NCBI RefSeq assembly: GCF_000150275.1
Contig: NW_002060945.1
Coordinates: 1,003,872 to 1,067,871 of the forward strand
Source: Trichoplax adhaerens
Lineage: Eukaryota; Animalia; Placozoa
Direction: 5' to 3'
Length of the DNA stretch: 64,000 nucleotides
Shown one piece after another: positions 30,833-44,957 of this stretch (position 1 is the first letter of the stretch; every line of letters starts with the position of its first letter). The position numbers were made by a program, and so were the translations under genes. The notes under the pieces were generated by a model. It had not been told where the DNA came from. It saw only the letters and a list, made by a program, of their open reading frames with translations, and ran no database searches.

Positions 30833-32824
30833 GTGAGTTGGCAGAGATGAAAAAAAAAAAGAAGCATCCTATGTCTCCATTTCTCCGGTGAAATCAGTTG
30901 CACCAAATTGCAATAGCATTTGTCTTCTTGTGCCAAACGGTAATGTTATTATTGACACATGCGTACGTCATGGCTTATGTTGACAAATCAAGTAGTAAAT
31001 TAATTAATTCAAATAGGGCCAGTGAACAGCTCTCACACCGGCGTCGTGTATTGACTCACTTCACGGCATTGTACTCTAATCATGGTGTCAACCTACACTA
31101 TGGTCAAGTACGATACATACGTGTACAGAGGGCTGAACTGTACAACAGACGCCCCCCCAAAAAACTCCTCTTTTTATTGTTTACATAACCAGTTATACCG
31201 GTTGCAACGTTCCAACGAAGACATGGTTAACCACTGTCCATGTTGCTCATGATCAACCGACTGTATCATAATACTGCAAAACAATGCACCACACATGCGT
31301 AATACTATTATAATATTATTATCTACTATATTATAATGTAGATATATAATCTACAACAAATTAGTTATGGCGTTGGAAAATTGCAAGCTACACTCATAGA
31401 TTGGTAGACACTGGTATACTGGATGCATATTTATCCTTGTACTGTACGTGTACTTTTCCAACTGGAAAAATTTCAATTTCAAAAATAAATAAATTTGAAA
31501 TTGTTTGACCCAAAAACGGCAATAATAAGCCAGTCAGCGTTAAGCTCTACGTTTACTCGTCATGACACTGCATGAAGGACTGCCTTGCTTGTCCGGTCTT
31601 TGCTAATTGCAACCAATACATTACTCTACGTTATGCATTTCAATGACAATCATTAAAGTACAGTATGCCAAATAGTGTATCACAATGACTACTGGCAATG
31701 ACCAAATCTGCTTTCTTTCAAGCAAGGTAACTGTTGTAGTCCAATCTTCATTGCATGTCTTTGTTTCGCGGGCTAACTGACATTAGCATTGTAACTGTAT
31801 CGTTCAAATCGAGCTAACCAGCCAGTGCTTCATGACAATATTGAATTAATCAAGTTTTATGCTTGCATTCAACATGAGCTTTTACTACAACATGCAAACT
31901 AAATAAAAGATAGTTTTAATATATAGTCACGTATGTCGCGATTTAATTGGTGTGCGCTATTATGCAAGCATTATAAAAATTCTTTCTATTTATTTTATTT
32001 TAACCTATGAGTTCAACTCGGTAGGCTCGTGCTCAATAAGTTCTGTGTACGATGTACACTTATTGTACAGTATGTGATAATACGTCGCACAAAGGCGACA
32101 AGTACAATGACTTGTATGGCTTCAATTCAATCTAACAAGACATTGAAATTGCTGTCATGTATCCCCATGAAATTCAAATTTTCCATCTACTATCCAACGT
32201 AGTGGACGGTGATGATGGTGCAATAGTAGTTTTTATTTTATGTTTGTTATGTATTTCTACACTAGCACCATTTCACTGTTGGACTTTTAGCGCTTCCAAA
32301 ATGATAAATAATACAAAGAAATGACTGGCTGAAAGTGACATGAAATGACGGACGCTATAGCACCAGTTTACTGCATCAGTTATTCCGACATTTCTGTTGT
32401 CTATTCAACAAATGCCTAGAAACCTGGATAGAGCATTACTGCTCGACCATAAGTAAACTTCCATGTGAATGTATATCAATCCAGCTAGAGACTCTACCAC
32501 CCACCTGGTCGGGGCTTTGAAATCAAGTAGTTGCCGTAGCAAATGAATACAGGAATAGCACGATGTTTATTTACAAACAGTGCTCCTTTGCGAGCTGTGA
32601 GTAGTAATTGGAGATCAAGGTCAGGATTCATTCCACTATGGAGTGTATGATACATTGGTATTTTTTTAACTGGACTGTACTGGACAGAATAGTCGGAGTT
32701 TGTCTTTGCAACAGCAACACCGTCTACCGTATGGGTCAGTACTGTAGACTATAGTAGAAACGGTACACAACGCTATGCTATAAAAAGTAGAGTAACCGCT
32801 TGAAAATTATTCTTCCTCTTTCAG

Positions 32825-32941
32825 GATTTCGCATCAGCATCGACTACAGCAGTAATAGCGAGCTGGAAAATCTGTCCTAGCAGCGTTACAACTGATTCTC
32901 TTCACATTGATTCCAATTTTTCATCTTTTTTTCCTAACCAG
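32825..32941 (+). other. Probable internal 5'UTR exon of BHMT-A
   Basis: Polypyrimidine acceptor ttcttcctctttcag and donor ccag|gtaaga. Confidence 0.5.
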
Positions 32942-33186
32942 GTAAGAGTATCATTGTTAAGAATAAAATGATGTATTGAACAATTTATCTTGTGCAAGCA
33001 ATTCACTGGCGTTGAAGTCTTTACTTCCAATTACTCTGCTTGCCCTAATGATGCAAAACTTGAAAGAAGTAGTGTCATTACTTGATGTAGCGAGTATGGT
33101 GTACCCATTGAATTAGAATGTGTTAGCCGTTTTTTCAAGATATATTTGCAACATTTACCAGTTGGTAAAGGAGTAAATGAGCGACG

Positions 33187-33460
33187 GTTGTCTTTGAAAA
33201 TATTGTATATTTACCGTCATTGATTGCTATTTTCAATTTGAAACTAAAAGTCCGTTGATAACTTACGGCTACGATATGATTGCCGTCATTGTTCAACTGG
33301 AAATATTGTTGATGTACAATGTACGTTGTCCTTGAAAATATTGTATATTTAGTGTTATTGCTATTTTCAATTTGAAACTAAAAGTCTGGTGCTAACTTAC
33401 GGCCACGATATGATTACCGTAATGGCTCAACTGGAAGTATTTGTTGACATGCAATTTACG
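33187..33460. repeat. Diverged tandem duplication, 2 x ~137 bp
   Basis: ttgaaaatattgtatattta...ttgctattttcaatttgaaactaaaagtc...aacttacggc.acgatatgatt...caactggaa occurs twice in tandem. Confidence 0.85.
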
Positions 33461-34694
33461 GTCCATCTATTGCTATTACTCTACTCTACTCTACTCCGTA
33501 ATTGGACACATTTGATGCGTGGTAACAAAGTTGATGCATAACCGTAGTTAAAAGATATTCTATATCTATATTGAACGTTCCAAATCAGTGTTATGCTAGT
33601 TATTGATGGCTACGCTGGAAAATTAGCATAATTAACATCAACAAAAGAAGCCATTAGGGTAAATGCAGTTTTAATGAATAACTTCAGTGTTGTCTACAGT
33701 TGAAGAAATTTCCATGATGGACTGTGCTGTGCTGGGTTTGACATTGGACGCACTGTACCATACGGGCTGTTACCGTATTTTACTGTAGTCTGTGACAAGA
33801 TGCGTACTGTACCGTTGGACTGTACTGTACTGCGCAGTGGCGTCAACAAGAAGAGTTGAGGCGTCAAAGTGTCAGACCAGTTTAGCAGGTTTTCAATAGT
33901 GAAAAGAGCTTGTATTGTAAATAAACATACTGTAACCGACGTTGTCGCATCCCCTGCGGTAGTAGTGGATAGTATAGCAGTGTAGTAATGTAAACATCAA
34001 GCTGGCTACAAGCAATGCTTCAAACGCCGGTGTAAACCTAGTCAAAATTCAAAATGGACCAAATAACGTAGTGCAATCATATTGCGTGTGAACAAGAACT
34101 TCTTTCACCAGCATCAATTTGCAACATGAGGAAAAGGATCCATTTTTAGTTGTACTAGAACTTGGATGGTAAAAGCCAATGCGGTTTTTACCTCTATTAC
34201 ACCCTGCAAAAAAGAGCCGTCGTATTAAAGTAATACAAGTCAAGATAAACGGAAAATAGTAGAGGCAACGCCCCATGTTTACTCTTGAATGTATTTACTG
34301 TGTTAAAAACTGCATTGGGGTGGACAACTTTAAACTACAATGGACAATAATACTATCTCTATTTCCAGCCCTGATGAATTTGTGAGACTGCATCTCGCAG
34401 ACAAGCAATTTCAATCCTAGGGTGTTGGTCCCAGTTTTCAGCAAGCAACATTCTAGTTCTTCCATCCTAGCACTTGTAATTTCCAATTATCAATCGTTTT
34501 CTATTGAATTGTTAAGGTTAATTGATCAAAAATAGTGTCAATATTAAGCCAGTTCAAAAGGCAAAGCAGAGTGAACATTGTCAACTTGCTTTTTTTATTT
34601 TGATGGTCAATCCACTTCTCTAGTTTGACTTGCCGTTAACCACTTGCAATTTCTTTCCACTTTAGAACCGAATTATTACAATTTCCACTACAAG

Positions 34695-37021
34695 ATGGGC
34701 AAGGTGAGCGACATTGTAGTTGTATGTGACTTGTTGAAATCGACAAATAAAGCAGCAGTATTGTAGGCAAATCAACAACCATTGTTTCCTTCTTGCAATC
34801 CAAACTAGGGAATTCTTGAGCGCTTGAATGAAGGTGTCGTTATTGGAGATGGCGGTTTCGTATTTGCTTTAGAAAAACGTGGCTACGTCAAGGCTGGTCC
34901 ATGGACACCAGAAGCCGTTATCGAATATCCAGAAGCCGGTAAAATATGTAGAGATGTAGACACTTACCACCGCTATCTTACTCTAACTGTCAGCGTAAAT
35001 GGTATCGTTTCACAAAAATAGGCAATGCCTTAGTTTCTGTACTTTGAAAGACAACTAAGATTTTGAACGCAAAAAATAAATACATTGACTAGTTTACGTA
35101 CAGTACAATAAATTAATACTGAGTGGTAATAGCAGAGATTAATTTGGTAGAAGTAGTACTATTTCTGATCAAGTGATTGATGCTAATACAAATGATCCTT
35201 TTCTCAGTCAAGCAATTGCATCGTGAATTCTTAAGAGCCGGATCGGATGTTATGCAATGCTTTACCTTTTATGCCAGTGAAGATAAATTAGAGAATCGTG
35301 GTAATAAAGCGGCTCAGCATGGTGTAAGTATTCACTTAATATCGTACAGTATTTTTCTTATGCTAAACTATTCATTTTTATGGAGATCATATGAAAGTCA
35401 CTTTTACTATGCATCAATATGTAGAGAGCTAACCATACGGCATAGCCAGCGTAGAAAGCCACTTTCAATGTCATCAATAATTGGTAATGACGCTGTAACT
35501 AGAAATGCATTCTTTGCGTATCTATAGGTCGGAGCAGTGAATGAAGCCGCTTGCAAAATTGCTCGTGAAGTTGCTAACGAAGGCGATGCTTTAATCGCTG
35601 GTGGAATGTGCCAAACCCCAACTTATCTATCTGGGGGCAATAAAGAAACAGTCCAGATAGAATTTCAAAAACAGGCAGATGCTTTTGTAAAGTGCGGTGT
35701 AGATTTTCTCATCTGTGAGGTAAAACCTATTCTATCGTGTTATTCAATCATTGATTTCCATTCAATTTTGGAAAACTTTTTTATCATAGTACGTACAATG
35801 ATTTTAAACAACGCTACTCTCCTTAGTACTTTGAACACGTTGAAGAAGCAACTTGGGCTGTCGAAGTCTGTAAAAAGACCGGCATGGCTGTTGCCGCTAC
35901 ATTGTGTATTAACGATGAGGGAGATATGCATGGCGTATCCACCGCAGATTGTGCCGTAAAGCTTGCTAATGCTGGTATGGATTACCTAAAATATCAAACA
36001 CACAATTCTATGCTACTTAAGACAAGTTACAATATGAGGGAGTAGTCGTCGTCGTTATCTTAGCTCCTATTGCCACTTTTACCTATTATAGGAGCTGATA
36101 TTATTGGAATAAACTGCCATTTCGATCCTGATGCCACCTTAGCTGGAATTCGTGAAATGAAGAGAGGCTTAGATGAAGCTGGCTTGAAACGTCATTTGAT
36201 GAGCCAACCGCTAGCATTCAAGACACCAGATGTAAACAAGCAGGGATTTATTGACTTGCCTGAATTTCCTTTTGGTAGGCTATATCCTAAACATACACAA
36301 ATAGAGAAATGAATTGTTTGGTAATAAAATATTTTAACAATATTCATTTAGCTCTGGAACCACGTATACTTACAAGATGGGATTGTCACCGTTACGCCAG
36401 AGAAGCCTATGATCTCGGAGTTCGATACATTGGTGCTTGTTGTGGATTTGAGGTAGGTGACTACTATACCTCAACTAAGCAATATATATCGTCAGTCACA
36501 AAATTAATGCCCTGTAAAATAAGCTTTAACAATACCATTACTATTACTTAAATTGATCTATTGAATAATGATTCCTTCCTTATTCAGCCTTACCACGTTC
36601 GAGCTATTGCGGAAGAATTATCTAAAGAACGAGGATGTTTACCTGCAGCTAGTGAGAAACATGATATGTGGGGAGGTGGATTGCAACTTCACACCAAGCC
36701 TTGGGTTCGAGCAAGGTAAAATATCAATTGGTCTTAACATATGGATACATACTATAAGCCACAAACTTCAACAAATTACTAGTAGTACTGTAATATTTTG
36801 TTATAAATGCAACGACGATGTATAACAAAGATATTCACAAAACATTCTCTAGAGCTCGACGTGATTACTGGGAAAATCTAAGTCCAGCTTCTGGCCGTGC
36901 GGAAAGTTCTGCCTTTTCTAAGCCGAATGCGTGGGGAGTAACTGCTGGCGACGATTTATTAAAACAACAAAAGGAAGCAACCACTCTAGCAGAAATCTCC
37001 AATCTAGCTGGTAGATCATAA
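34695..37021 (+). CDS. BHMT: Betaine-homocysteine S-methyltransferase, full-length copy A (9 coding exons)
   Basis: MGK|[36 protein letters not shown]; [15 protein letters not shown]; EYFEH; GINCHFDP; IGACCGFE; [11 protein letters not shown]...[23 protein letters not shown]. Confidence 0.96.
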
Positions 37022-38737
37022 AGAGTTATATAGGAATCTAACTAAGCTAAACTAACTCCATGTTGATAACATCTCGATAAGCAGCTGTTTGGATTTGCAT
37101 CTATTCTTTTATTTAAATGTAGCTATGTGAACATCTGTAATCAGTAAATTATTCTCCAGGCTAACCGTCACTTAAACTTGCTTGTTACATTTGTAGCAAT
37201 ACTTGAGTAACATTCATGAAGCCATGATTCTTTGTTTGTTTACCTCATGGTTAAAAATATCGTCAATTTATTGTCGAAATGCAATATCACTCATATGTTA
37301 AATATTGGTATTTTGAATATTTAGCTAACTGTAGTTGTAGCCCAGCGTGATAATAAACCAATAAAATACCAAGTTAATAATCCGCGGTTTGTGGATGATT
37401 TTGGTGTCTTGCTTTCAGAATGAAGCGGCCTTTGCTAATTGAAACTTGAGTATTTATCTTGATGCTAAATACCTTGAATTACCTGTGCTGTTGTCTCTAC
37501 CGCCCTTCGATAATTTATCATGTCGAGTTTAGCGAATAGCTTTCTTCGGTACAGCATATGCATTAAAGGCTAGAGAATACTCATATACTCTACGCTACGA
37601 ATCTATATTAGCAAAATTTAACTACAGAGTATATAGCATATGACAGTTTTTTATAACGTTTTCTTTATAAAAATGTGATCATACAGTAAGTTCAACTGAA
37701 GCAAGCATTTTTACTCAATGAATCCGTAAAGTACTTTATTTATATCTTGATATAGTGCTAGGAAGTACACTTTTGCATTGTACCCTTCAGCTGTTTTCTA
37801 AGGTATTCAAACAATTCCTTCCTAATAGTTATCCAATTAACACTGAAATTACAATTGAACCTATTACATGTCTAATACTTTGAATAATTCTTTCGTGAAA
37901 AATTAACTTTCATAAAGCTAATTCTGTTTCCGCCATATCGTAAATATGTTTAGTTACTGGGAGGTAGTTTTCCCTGAGGGCAATTGTTTGGGGAATTTTC
38001 CTAGAATTATTTCCACTATAACAATATTAAATTGATACTTGCATGTAGCAAGTGTGGCAGCGCTATTGTACGACAAACTGAACGCCAGCAGGACTTGACT
38101 AGTATATCAGAATAAAGGCACTAAATGAACATATCGCTTGGATGATCAATATTAAATACTGGAACCGAAATTATGATCCGCACCGATTTGTTAGCCTGCT
38201 TTCTAGCAGTAAACTAAGCTTTGAAAATAAATGGATTATTCGGCATATGCAGATGGCATATTTGCAATGTTTTGGATAGTTATCCACGTTTGTAATATTT
38301 CAGATGAAATCACACGAAACGCTAATCATTAATAACTAATACAACAAACAGAAAGAAAGTCCTATGTTGTTTAATACAAGTAATTTGGCAAAGCAAGTAG
38401 TAAATTCAAGGCCGTAAGCAGCTCAAAGTCAACGCGCGAAAGCATTTTATTAAATAAGAAATTACTTAACTTACACATAAATACCACACTACAAGGACTA
38501 AACCATAAAAGTAACTAAGATATATGCATTTGCCGTCACATTTCCGTAACAAAACTTGTACCGTAATAAGAAAGCCTTTAGATATAAATGATGAATCCAT
38601 TTATATCTAAAACATCGTAATAGTCAAAGCCTTCATTTACAGTATTACTGGTGCGACATGATAATCTATAACTAGCAGTTGCAAGATTAATCTTAGTACT
38701 GCTAATTTGATTCATGCTCTAGTCATCCGGTACTTCG

Positions 38738-41700
38738 TTAATCAGTGATATCGTGAGAACTAGGTTTCGAGTACGCAGGGCATTCTGGTCGCCCAGTAGC
38801 AGGACGCAAGTTTTCCCAGTATTCGCGAGAAGCCCTATAAAAATACCGTACACATTAACAACACTTTAACACTTAATTGATCACTTTAATCGGTTACAGG
38901 GTAGAATCATCCATCTTCGATAAAGCTTGAACATTGATTTTAACTACTATCGATATTACAGAATCCTTTCTGCTGTGGATACGCATGCTTAATTTTAAAT
39001 GTGAGACCGATAGTTCGTGAAGATAATTAACTGTTTAATAGTAAAATATCGTACAAAACTCTTTAATGCTTCGAGTAAGTAAATATGCTTAAAATAAAAT
39101 TATTCCAATTGTGTATGAAAATATAGCTACAATCATACAATATTACTTTATAAACGTTTAGCGTTAAATCTTTCAGCAATTGCACCCTTACCTAGCGCGA
39201 ACCCAAGGTTTAGTATGTAATTTTAAACCTCCTCCCCACATTTCATGCTTTTCACTGGCAAGCGGCAATTTACCCCCCCGCTCAGTAACTAGCTCTTCAG
39301 CTATTGCTCGGACATGGTACGGCTATATACAAAAATAAAATAATACATCTATCACAAAATAGCATTACTGCTTTAAAAATTATTTTTTTTTCCTTACAAA
39401 CTCAACAAACTTGCTATTCTATATCGCGCAATCGAGATGTACACAGTACCTCAAATCCACAGCAGGCACCGATATATCGGACTCCTAAATCGTAAGCTTC
39501 TCTAGCATAACGGTGACAATCCCATCTAGTCAACGTGCGTGGTTCCATAGCTTAAAAATAATAAATTAGTACTATTACTTGAACGAAGATTTGAAATGAC
39601 AGTATTTTCCAGAAAGGAATTTGAACAATAATATACCGAAAGGAAATTCAGGGATATCGACGAATCCATGTTTGTTTGCATCTGGAGTTCTATAGCCTAA
39701 CGGTTGAGTTATTAAATGCCGTTTCAAGCCAGCTTCTTCTAAGCCTCTTTTCATTTCTCGTACTCCAGCTAGTACAGTATCCGGATCGAAATTGCAGTTG
39801 ATACCAATGATATCAGCTCCTAAAATAAATGTTATCGCAGAAGTTCTTTAATATCTTGAATAAAAATCTATCTATAAGAAGCTATGCCATTGTCCGACAT
39901 AACATATCAATGACAATTAATTCGTATCGTAATACCGATCAGTAACAACACTATCAACACAACATAAGTTATCCATGAACAGAAACTACATAAAAATACC
40001 AGCATTTGCAAGTCTGACAGCACATTCAGACGTTGGAACTCCATCGACGTCTCCTTCCTTATTAATGCATAAAGTAGCAGCAACAGCCAAGCCTGTTTTC
40101 TTACAAATTTCAACAGCCCAACATGCTTCTTCAGCGTGTTCAAAATACTTTGTAAAGGTATAAATAGTAGAGTAAATAGCCATTGCAAGCAAAATCAATC
40201 TTAAATATACGAACAAATACTGAAATTGTACCGGCAAGAGCTATAGACAATGGGCTGCATAATAAAATATAAACAATACCTCACATATCAAGAAATCAAC
40301 GCCGCATTTGGTAAAAGCATCTGCCTGCTTCTGAAAATGTTCTTGAACGGCTTCTTTGCTTCCACCTTCTGCATATGTAGGAGTTTGACTCATACCACCA
40401 GCAATCAATGCATCACCTTCATTAGCAACTTCGCGTGCAAGTAAGCAAGCAGCTTCATTTATGTTGGTAGACTATACAGTGAAAATAAAATAATTTCAAT
40501 ATATTGATTATGTAACATTGGATTTTTATCCGCGTCTAGACGATAGTAATTTTATTGGCAGTCCAACAACTACAATTACGAAGTAATTGATTTTTATAAG
40601 ATATTTAAATTATTAGAATATATTAAAAGTTAATGCGTTCCGTATAGAGCATACCCCATGACGACCAGCCTTGTTGCCTCGAACCGTCAATTTATCTTCG
40701 CTAGCATAAAATGTAAAGCATTGCATGACATCGGAGCCAGCTCTTAAAAATTCACGATGTAACTCTAGTACTGTTTAATGTATAATAGGTCAAGATATTT
40801 AGTAAATTATTTCGCAGCAGGTACAGTAGCGTAATTAAGCTATAGCATTGCACATATAGTAAGATGCCTTTAATATACGGACTGTACACTGTGCTTAGTG
40901 ACTAGTGATTAAAAACAAATACGTGTGCATGTCTACGACAGTACAATTCATTAACCATGTAGAGATAGACCAGGCCGTTAAACAATTTACGCAAGTCACT
41001 TTTAAGTTTTTATTGCCTATTCTAGAAGTCACCTACGTTATGCATATATGAAGGATATCCTAATCTTAATTTAAGTTAAACTTTCCCTTAAAACGTTTTG
41101 ATTTTCTTTGAAGAATATTAAATCTCGTTTTACACTATTTAATCAAATAATAACTTTTTACAGTAATTATACACAGTTATACAGTAGTCCATAATGCGTT
41201 AACACGTTCGAATTCTGTAACCATTAATATACATTGGATATATATTTGCTAATTTTTGACTACATCACCTGCTTCTGGATGCTCGATAACAGCTTCTGGT
41301 GTCCATGGGCCGGCCTGAACATAACCACGCTTTTCTAAAGCGACGACAAAGCCTCCATCACCAATAATGACTCCTTCATCTAATCGTTCAAGGATTCCCT
41401 AAAGGCATATAAAATTGGGAATATACGGTTACCGTACATATTTTAGTATAATATTGTCCATAATCTATTCTAATAACAATTGTTTGTAAGAGCTAAGGAC
41501 TACAGAAATAATTGTAAGATCTATATGAAGAGTATAACTATACTGTAAATACTTGTATGAACGAGTATATTGGATATTGCGATTAAGTTGTACTACCATA
41601 CTCAAATATCGCGTTACTGCCACTGTAATTATTATAATCATTCATTTCAACCGCTACTTCATTGGTATGCGCTAGTGCAAAGTATTGTATAACGATAATA

Positions 41701-41759
41701 ACAATTAGTTATTATAAAGTGAACTAGTTCATTGAAAGCAATATTCTCACCTTTCCCAT
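38738..41759 (-). CDS. BHMT: BHMT paralogue (copy B), C-terminally truncated, convergent with copy A
   Basis: Same exon structure as copy A (MGK first exon at 41759-41751). [29 protein letters not shown] and GACCGFE are intact. Ends [27 protein letters not shown] (stop at 38740-38738). Confidence 0.93.
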
Positions 41760-44700
41760 TTCAACGGTCTTGAATCGAAGGATAGAAAATAGAAAATATC
41801 AAAGATTACCGATTAAAATTGACTCACAATTCTGAATAAAATGATTTCACAATACAACTGCGGTGAGAATAACAAAGATTATAGAAGAATTCTCGGTACA
41901 ATTTCTATTGAATCTTATCCCTACGCTGCTTTATACGTATTAAGGTCAGACATGAGATGTATATTGGACATCACCGAAGCGTAACATTACCATCGACAAT
42001 TTTTTTATCTCTATCCATTAATGCTCATCGATGTTATCCATAATTATCAATATCGCGCTGAAAATGATTGATTTTAAATTTATATTTTAAATGTCACTGA
42101 AGAGTAGGTTTGATCTAAATGGTACAGTACTTTAATAACCAATTGTTGTTTCATTGTTGCAAATTCAAATTACTGTGATAGCTCAACAACATGGATTACT
42201 AGAACCGTTGCTTAATAGTATTTTATACACGACGGTCTTGGCTATTTTTCCCTCAAAAATGACATGATCTACATATGTACAAACGGTTAAAGTAGGAGAT
42301 GATTATACTGCAAGATAGATTAGTGAATTCCGTAACGACTGTACTATATGTTACAGTTCAAATTTCACACCAGCCAGCTATACTCCATACTCTACTGTTC
42401 GTCTTTTTCTAAGATAAACATGCAAACGGTGTTGATTTACTCAATCTCGGACGGTGTCGAAGCAGTCTTCGGCTCGCTCGATGGACAAAATAGCAAATTG
42501 ATCAACGAATAAACAATGATATTGATAACTATGATAATGCTTACTTATCGTTAGCTGTAGTAATTAATCAAGAATAAAGGCAAGTGAATAAAGTTGTGGA
42601 GAACTGAAGACTTCGCCGATGTTAATCTCCTACAATGGAAGCTAAGCGCTTTTTTCCAACGTAGTCGTCCGCGATGATAGCGTTATGACAAGCCGATTGT
42701 TCCGACGGTAGTATTTACGTGAGGGAGGAGAACAAGATGCCACGGTGGATAGGTTAAAACTACTCTATCACACTGGTGTTTCCGCCACATTCGGTTATAG
42801 AGAAGCATTCAAATCACAATTGATGTCATGGAATAAATGCGCATGCATCACCTTTAACCTTTTAATGGCTGTGTTCCATTTCGTCAAGATGGTGCTATAC
42901 TGTACGTCGTAGGATGCTGTTGTTTGCAATCTGAAGGCAGACTTTAGAACAGGATTAAGATAGGCGTTGCCTATTTGCCAAGAACTTTCCCAAAAGAATT
43001 AATTAATTCATTATGGATCAATTACTAGTCGTTAATACGTTCATACGCGTGCTTTGACTACCATCTGACTAGCTACGTCTTTGGTCTCTGTGGAATACTG
43101 CTGCAAGCCACGCTGGTCAAGAAAATTGTCAATTATGAATTATTCATCAATCCATTGTACTGTATTTCTACTTCTTTCTGACTGACTTTGTTTGTAGTCT
43201 CTTTGAAAATACTACAAACAACGTAAACAACTCCATTAACAGTGGAGTACGATCATTGATCGAGATTATGCACGAATACTGTTTGCCAACTGCCTAAAAT
43301 GTTGCCTATTTACAGCTCTCCATATAGTATACACAACATGGCACTACTGTTCAGTAAACCGGTACAGAACAGGATGTTTCGGGTGTGCAATGGCTGTTTA
43401 CTTGTTGATCATCAAGAAATAGTACTGGCATCAATCAGTAATCTGATAATGCAGCACTTTCAGAAATATAACAGTTGTAGCGGCTCATGTTTTCTTCTAC
43501 TGTAAAATTTCAACAATTCTCTTAGTCAATCATGGACTAGTCACTAGTCGTAACGATTGAGTAGTCCATCATTGTCCTCAAACGAAGATGGAAACCTTTC
43601 CTAATTTGATTGCAATTCAAGTTGTAGTTCAGCATGATAACCATTCAACTAAGTTCAAGATCAATAGTGTATAAACAATTTATAGTATAGTATACAATAC
43701 TCGACAATAATAAAACCGCAGAACTCCAGTAGACACAAAGCACCAGCAGACACATGGACTAGACTATGGAATATGCCCTCGAGAACATACGCGTAGTTAG
43801 TAGTCCCATATGACTACAAAAAAAAACTGAAAGATCTCAGATGGTCGGACATTTTAAACCCAATAAAAGTGGAAAATGTTTAAAAATACTGGCTTAGTAT
43901 CAATCTCTTGAAGAGTATCTGTTCTCTTCCTCATTCAAGACTATGTTAGACGGTATAGAACTACTTTCAAGGAGATTCTAGGTAAAATAGAAGAGGATGC
44001 AATGAATTATTGCTTTCTTTAAAGCAATAATTCAATTACAAAATCCAACATCTGCTTACTAAGGCTATAACGAAGAGAAAAACTGTATTTGCAATAGTTT
44101 CCAGCCGACATGACACCAGTTATCCGACCGTCCGAATTCGGTTACAATAATACATTGATTACTATACACTAAAAACATGCCGCCGAATGGTTGCTGGTCA
44201 TTTCAAGTGAAGCGTCGATCTGAAACGATACACTGCAGTATGCTGTACACTGAGTGTACAGTACTGTCGACGATTGTAAGCCAAATTACCGTCGCTGCTG
44301 GGTTAGTTTTGTACTCGACACTGTAAGCCTGTTCGAATTTTAAATTTGGTTCAATATCCAATTGCTTTACGACTAAAATGTTTCAAAATGCAATAAAATC
44401 ATTTTCTATCTAAAAATTGTTACCGCTTAGCGAACTAAAAACACGCGCAACCGTTTTTTGAAAATGCTTCTGTTGCTATTCGTCCAATCTACAGTGTACA
44501 GTACAGACCCTTATACTGTAGTGTACAGTACAGTATACTGTAGTATGGGCTTTCAGTCGCAGTGTAACAGTACTGTACAGTACAGTACAGTACAGTAGAC
44601 TACAATGACCAGAAAATGATCGGGTAGGCGCGGCCCACCCCCCATACTGTAGAATAGTTTTTAGCAAGTAATGAACAGTCAGTTCTCATCCACTCTCTTT

Positions 44701-44854
44701 CTACTGTACATCCGATAAAATCATGCCTACGTGTCTCCATACAGTACTATCAACTACTAAAGGAAGACCTTTTAGCAGTCCATTCCACGCTAATACAAGC
44801 ACTATTGACGACAGTCCATGTCATACAGAGAAGGCAACGCTCTGCCATGGACAA

Positions 44855-44957
44855 TAGGAGAAGTCCGTCCATCCGAGGAAAGTGTTCGATCCAGGTATGT
44901 CCAATGGGGGGACATACCTGGATCGGACACTTTCCTCGGATGGACGGACTTCGCCTA
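44855..44957. mobile_element. Foldback/MITE-like near-perfect inverted repeat (99 bp between TA dinucleotides)
   Basis: 43-bp arms at 44860-44902 and 44910-44952 with one mismatch and a 7-nt loop; pairing extends out to a TA on each side. GC-rich relative to the flanks. Confidence 0.7.

Noticed and set aside
43740-44100. Possible additional LINE remnant (similar hint near 56560-56820)
   Set aside because: Similarity too faint to support by eye.
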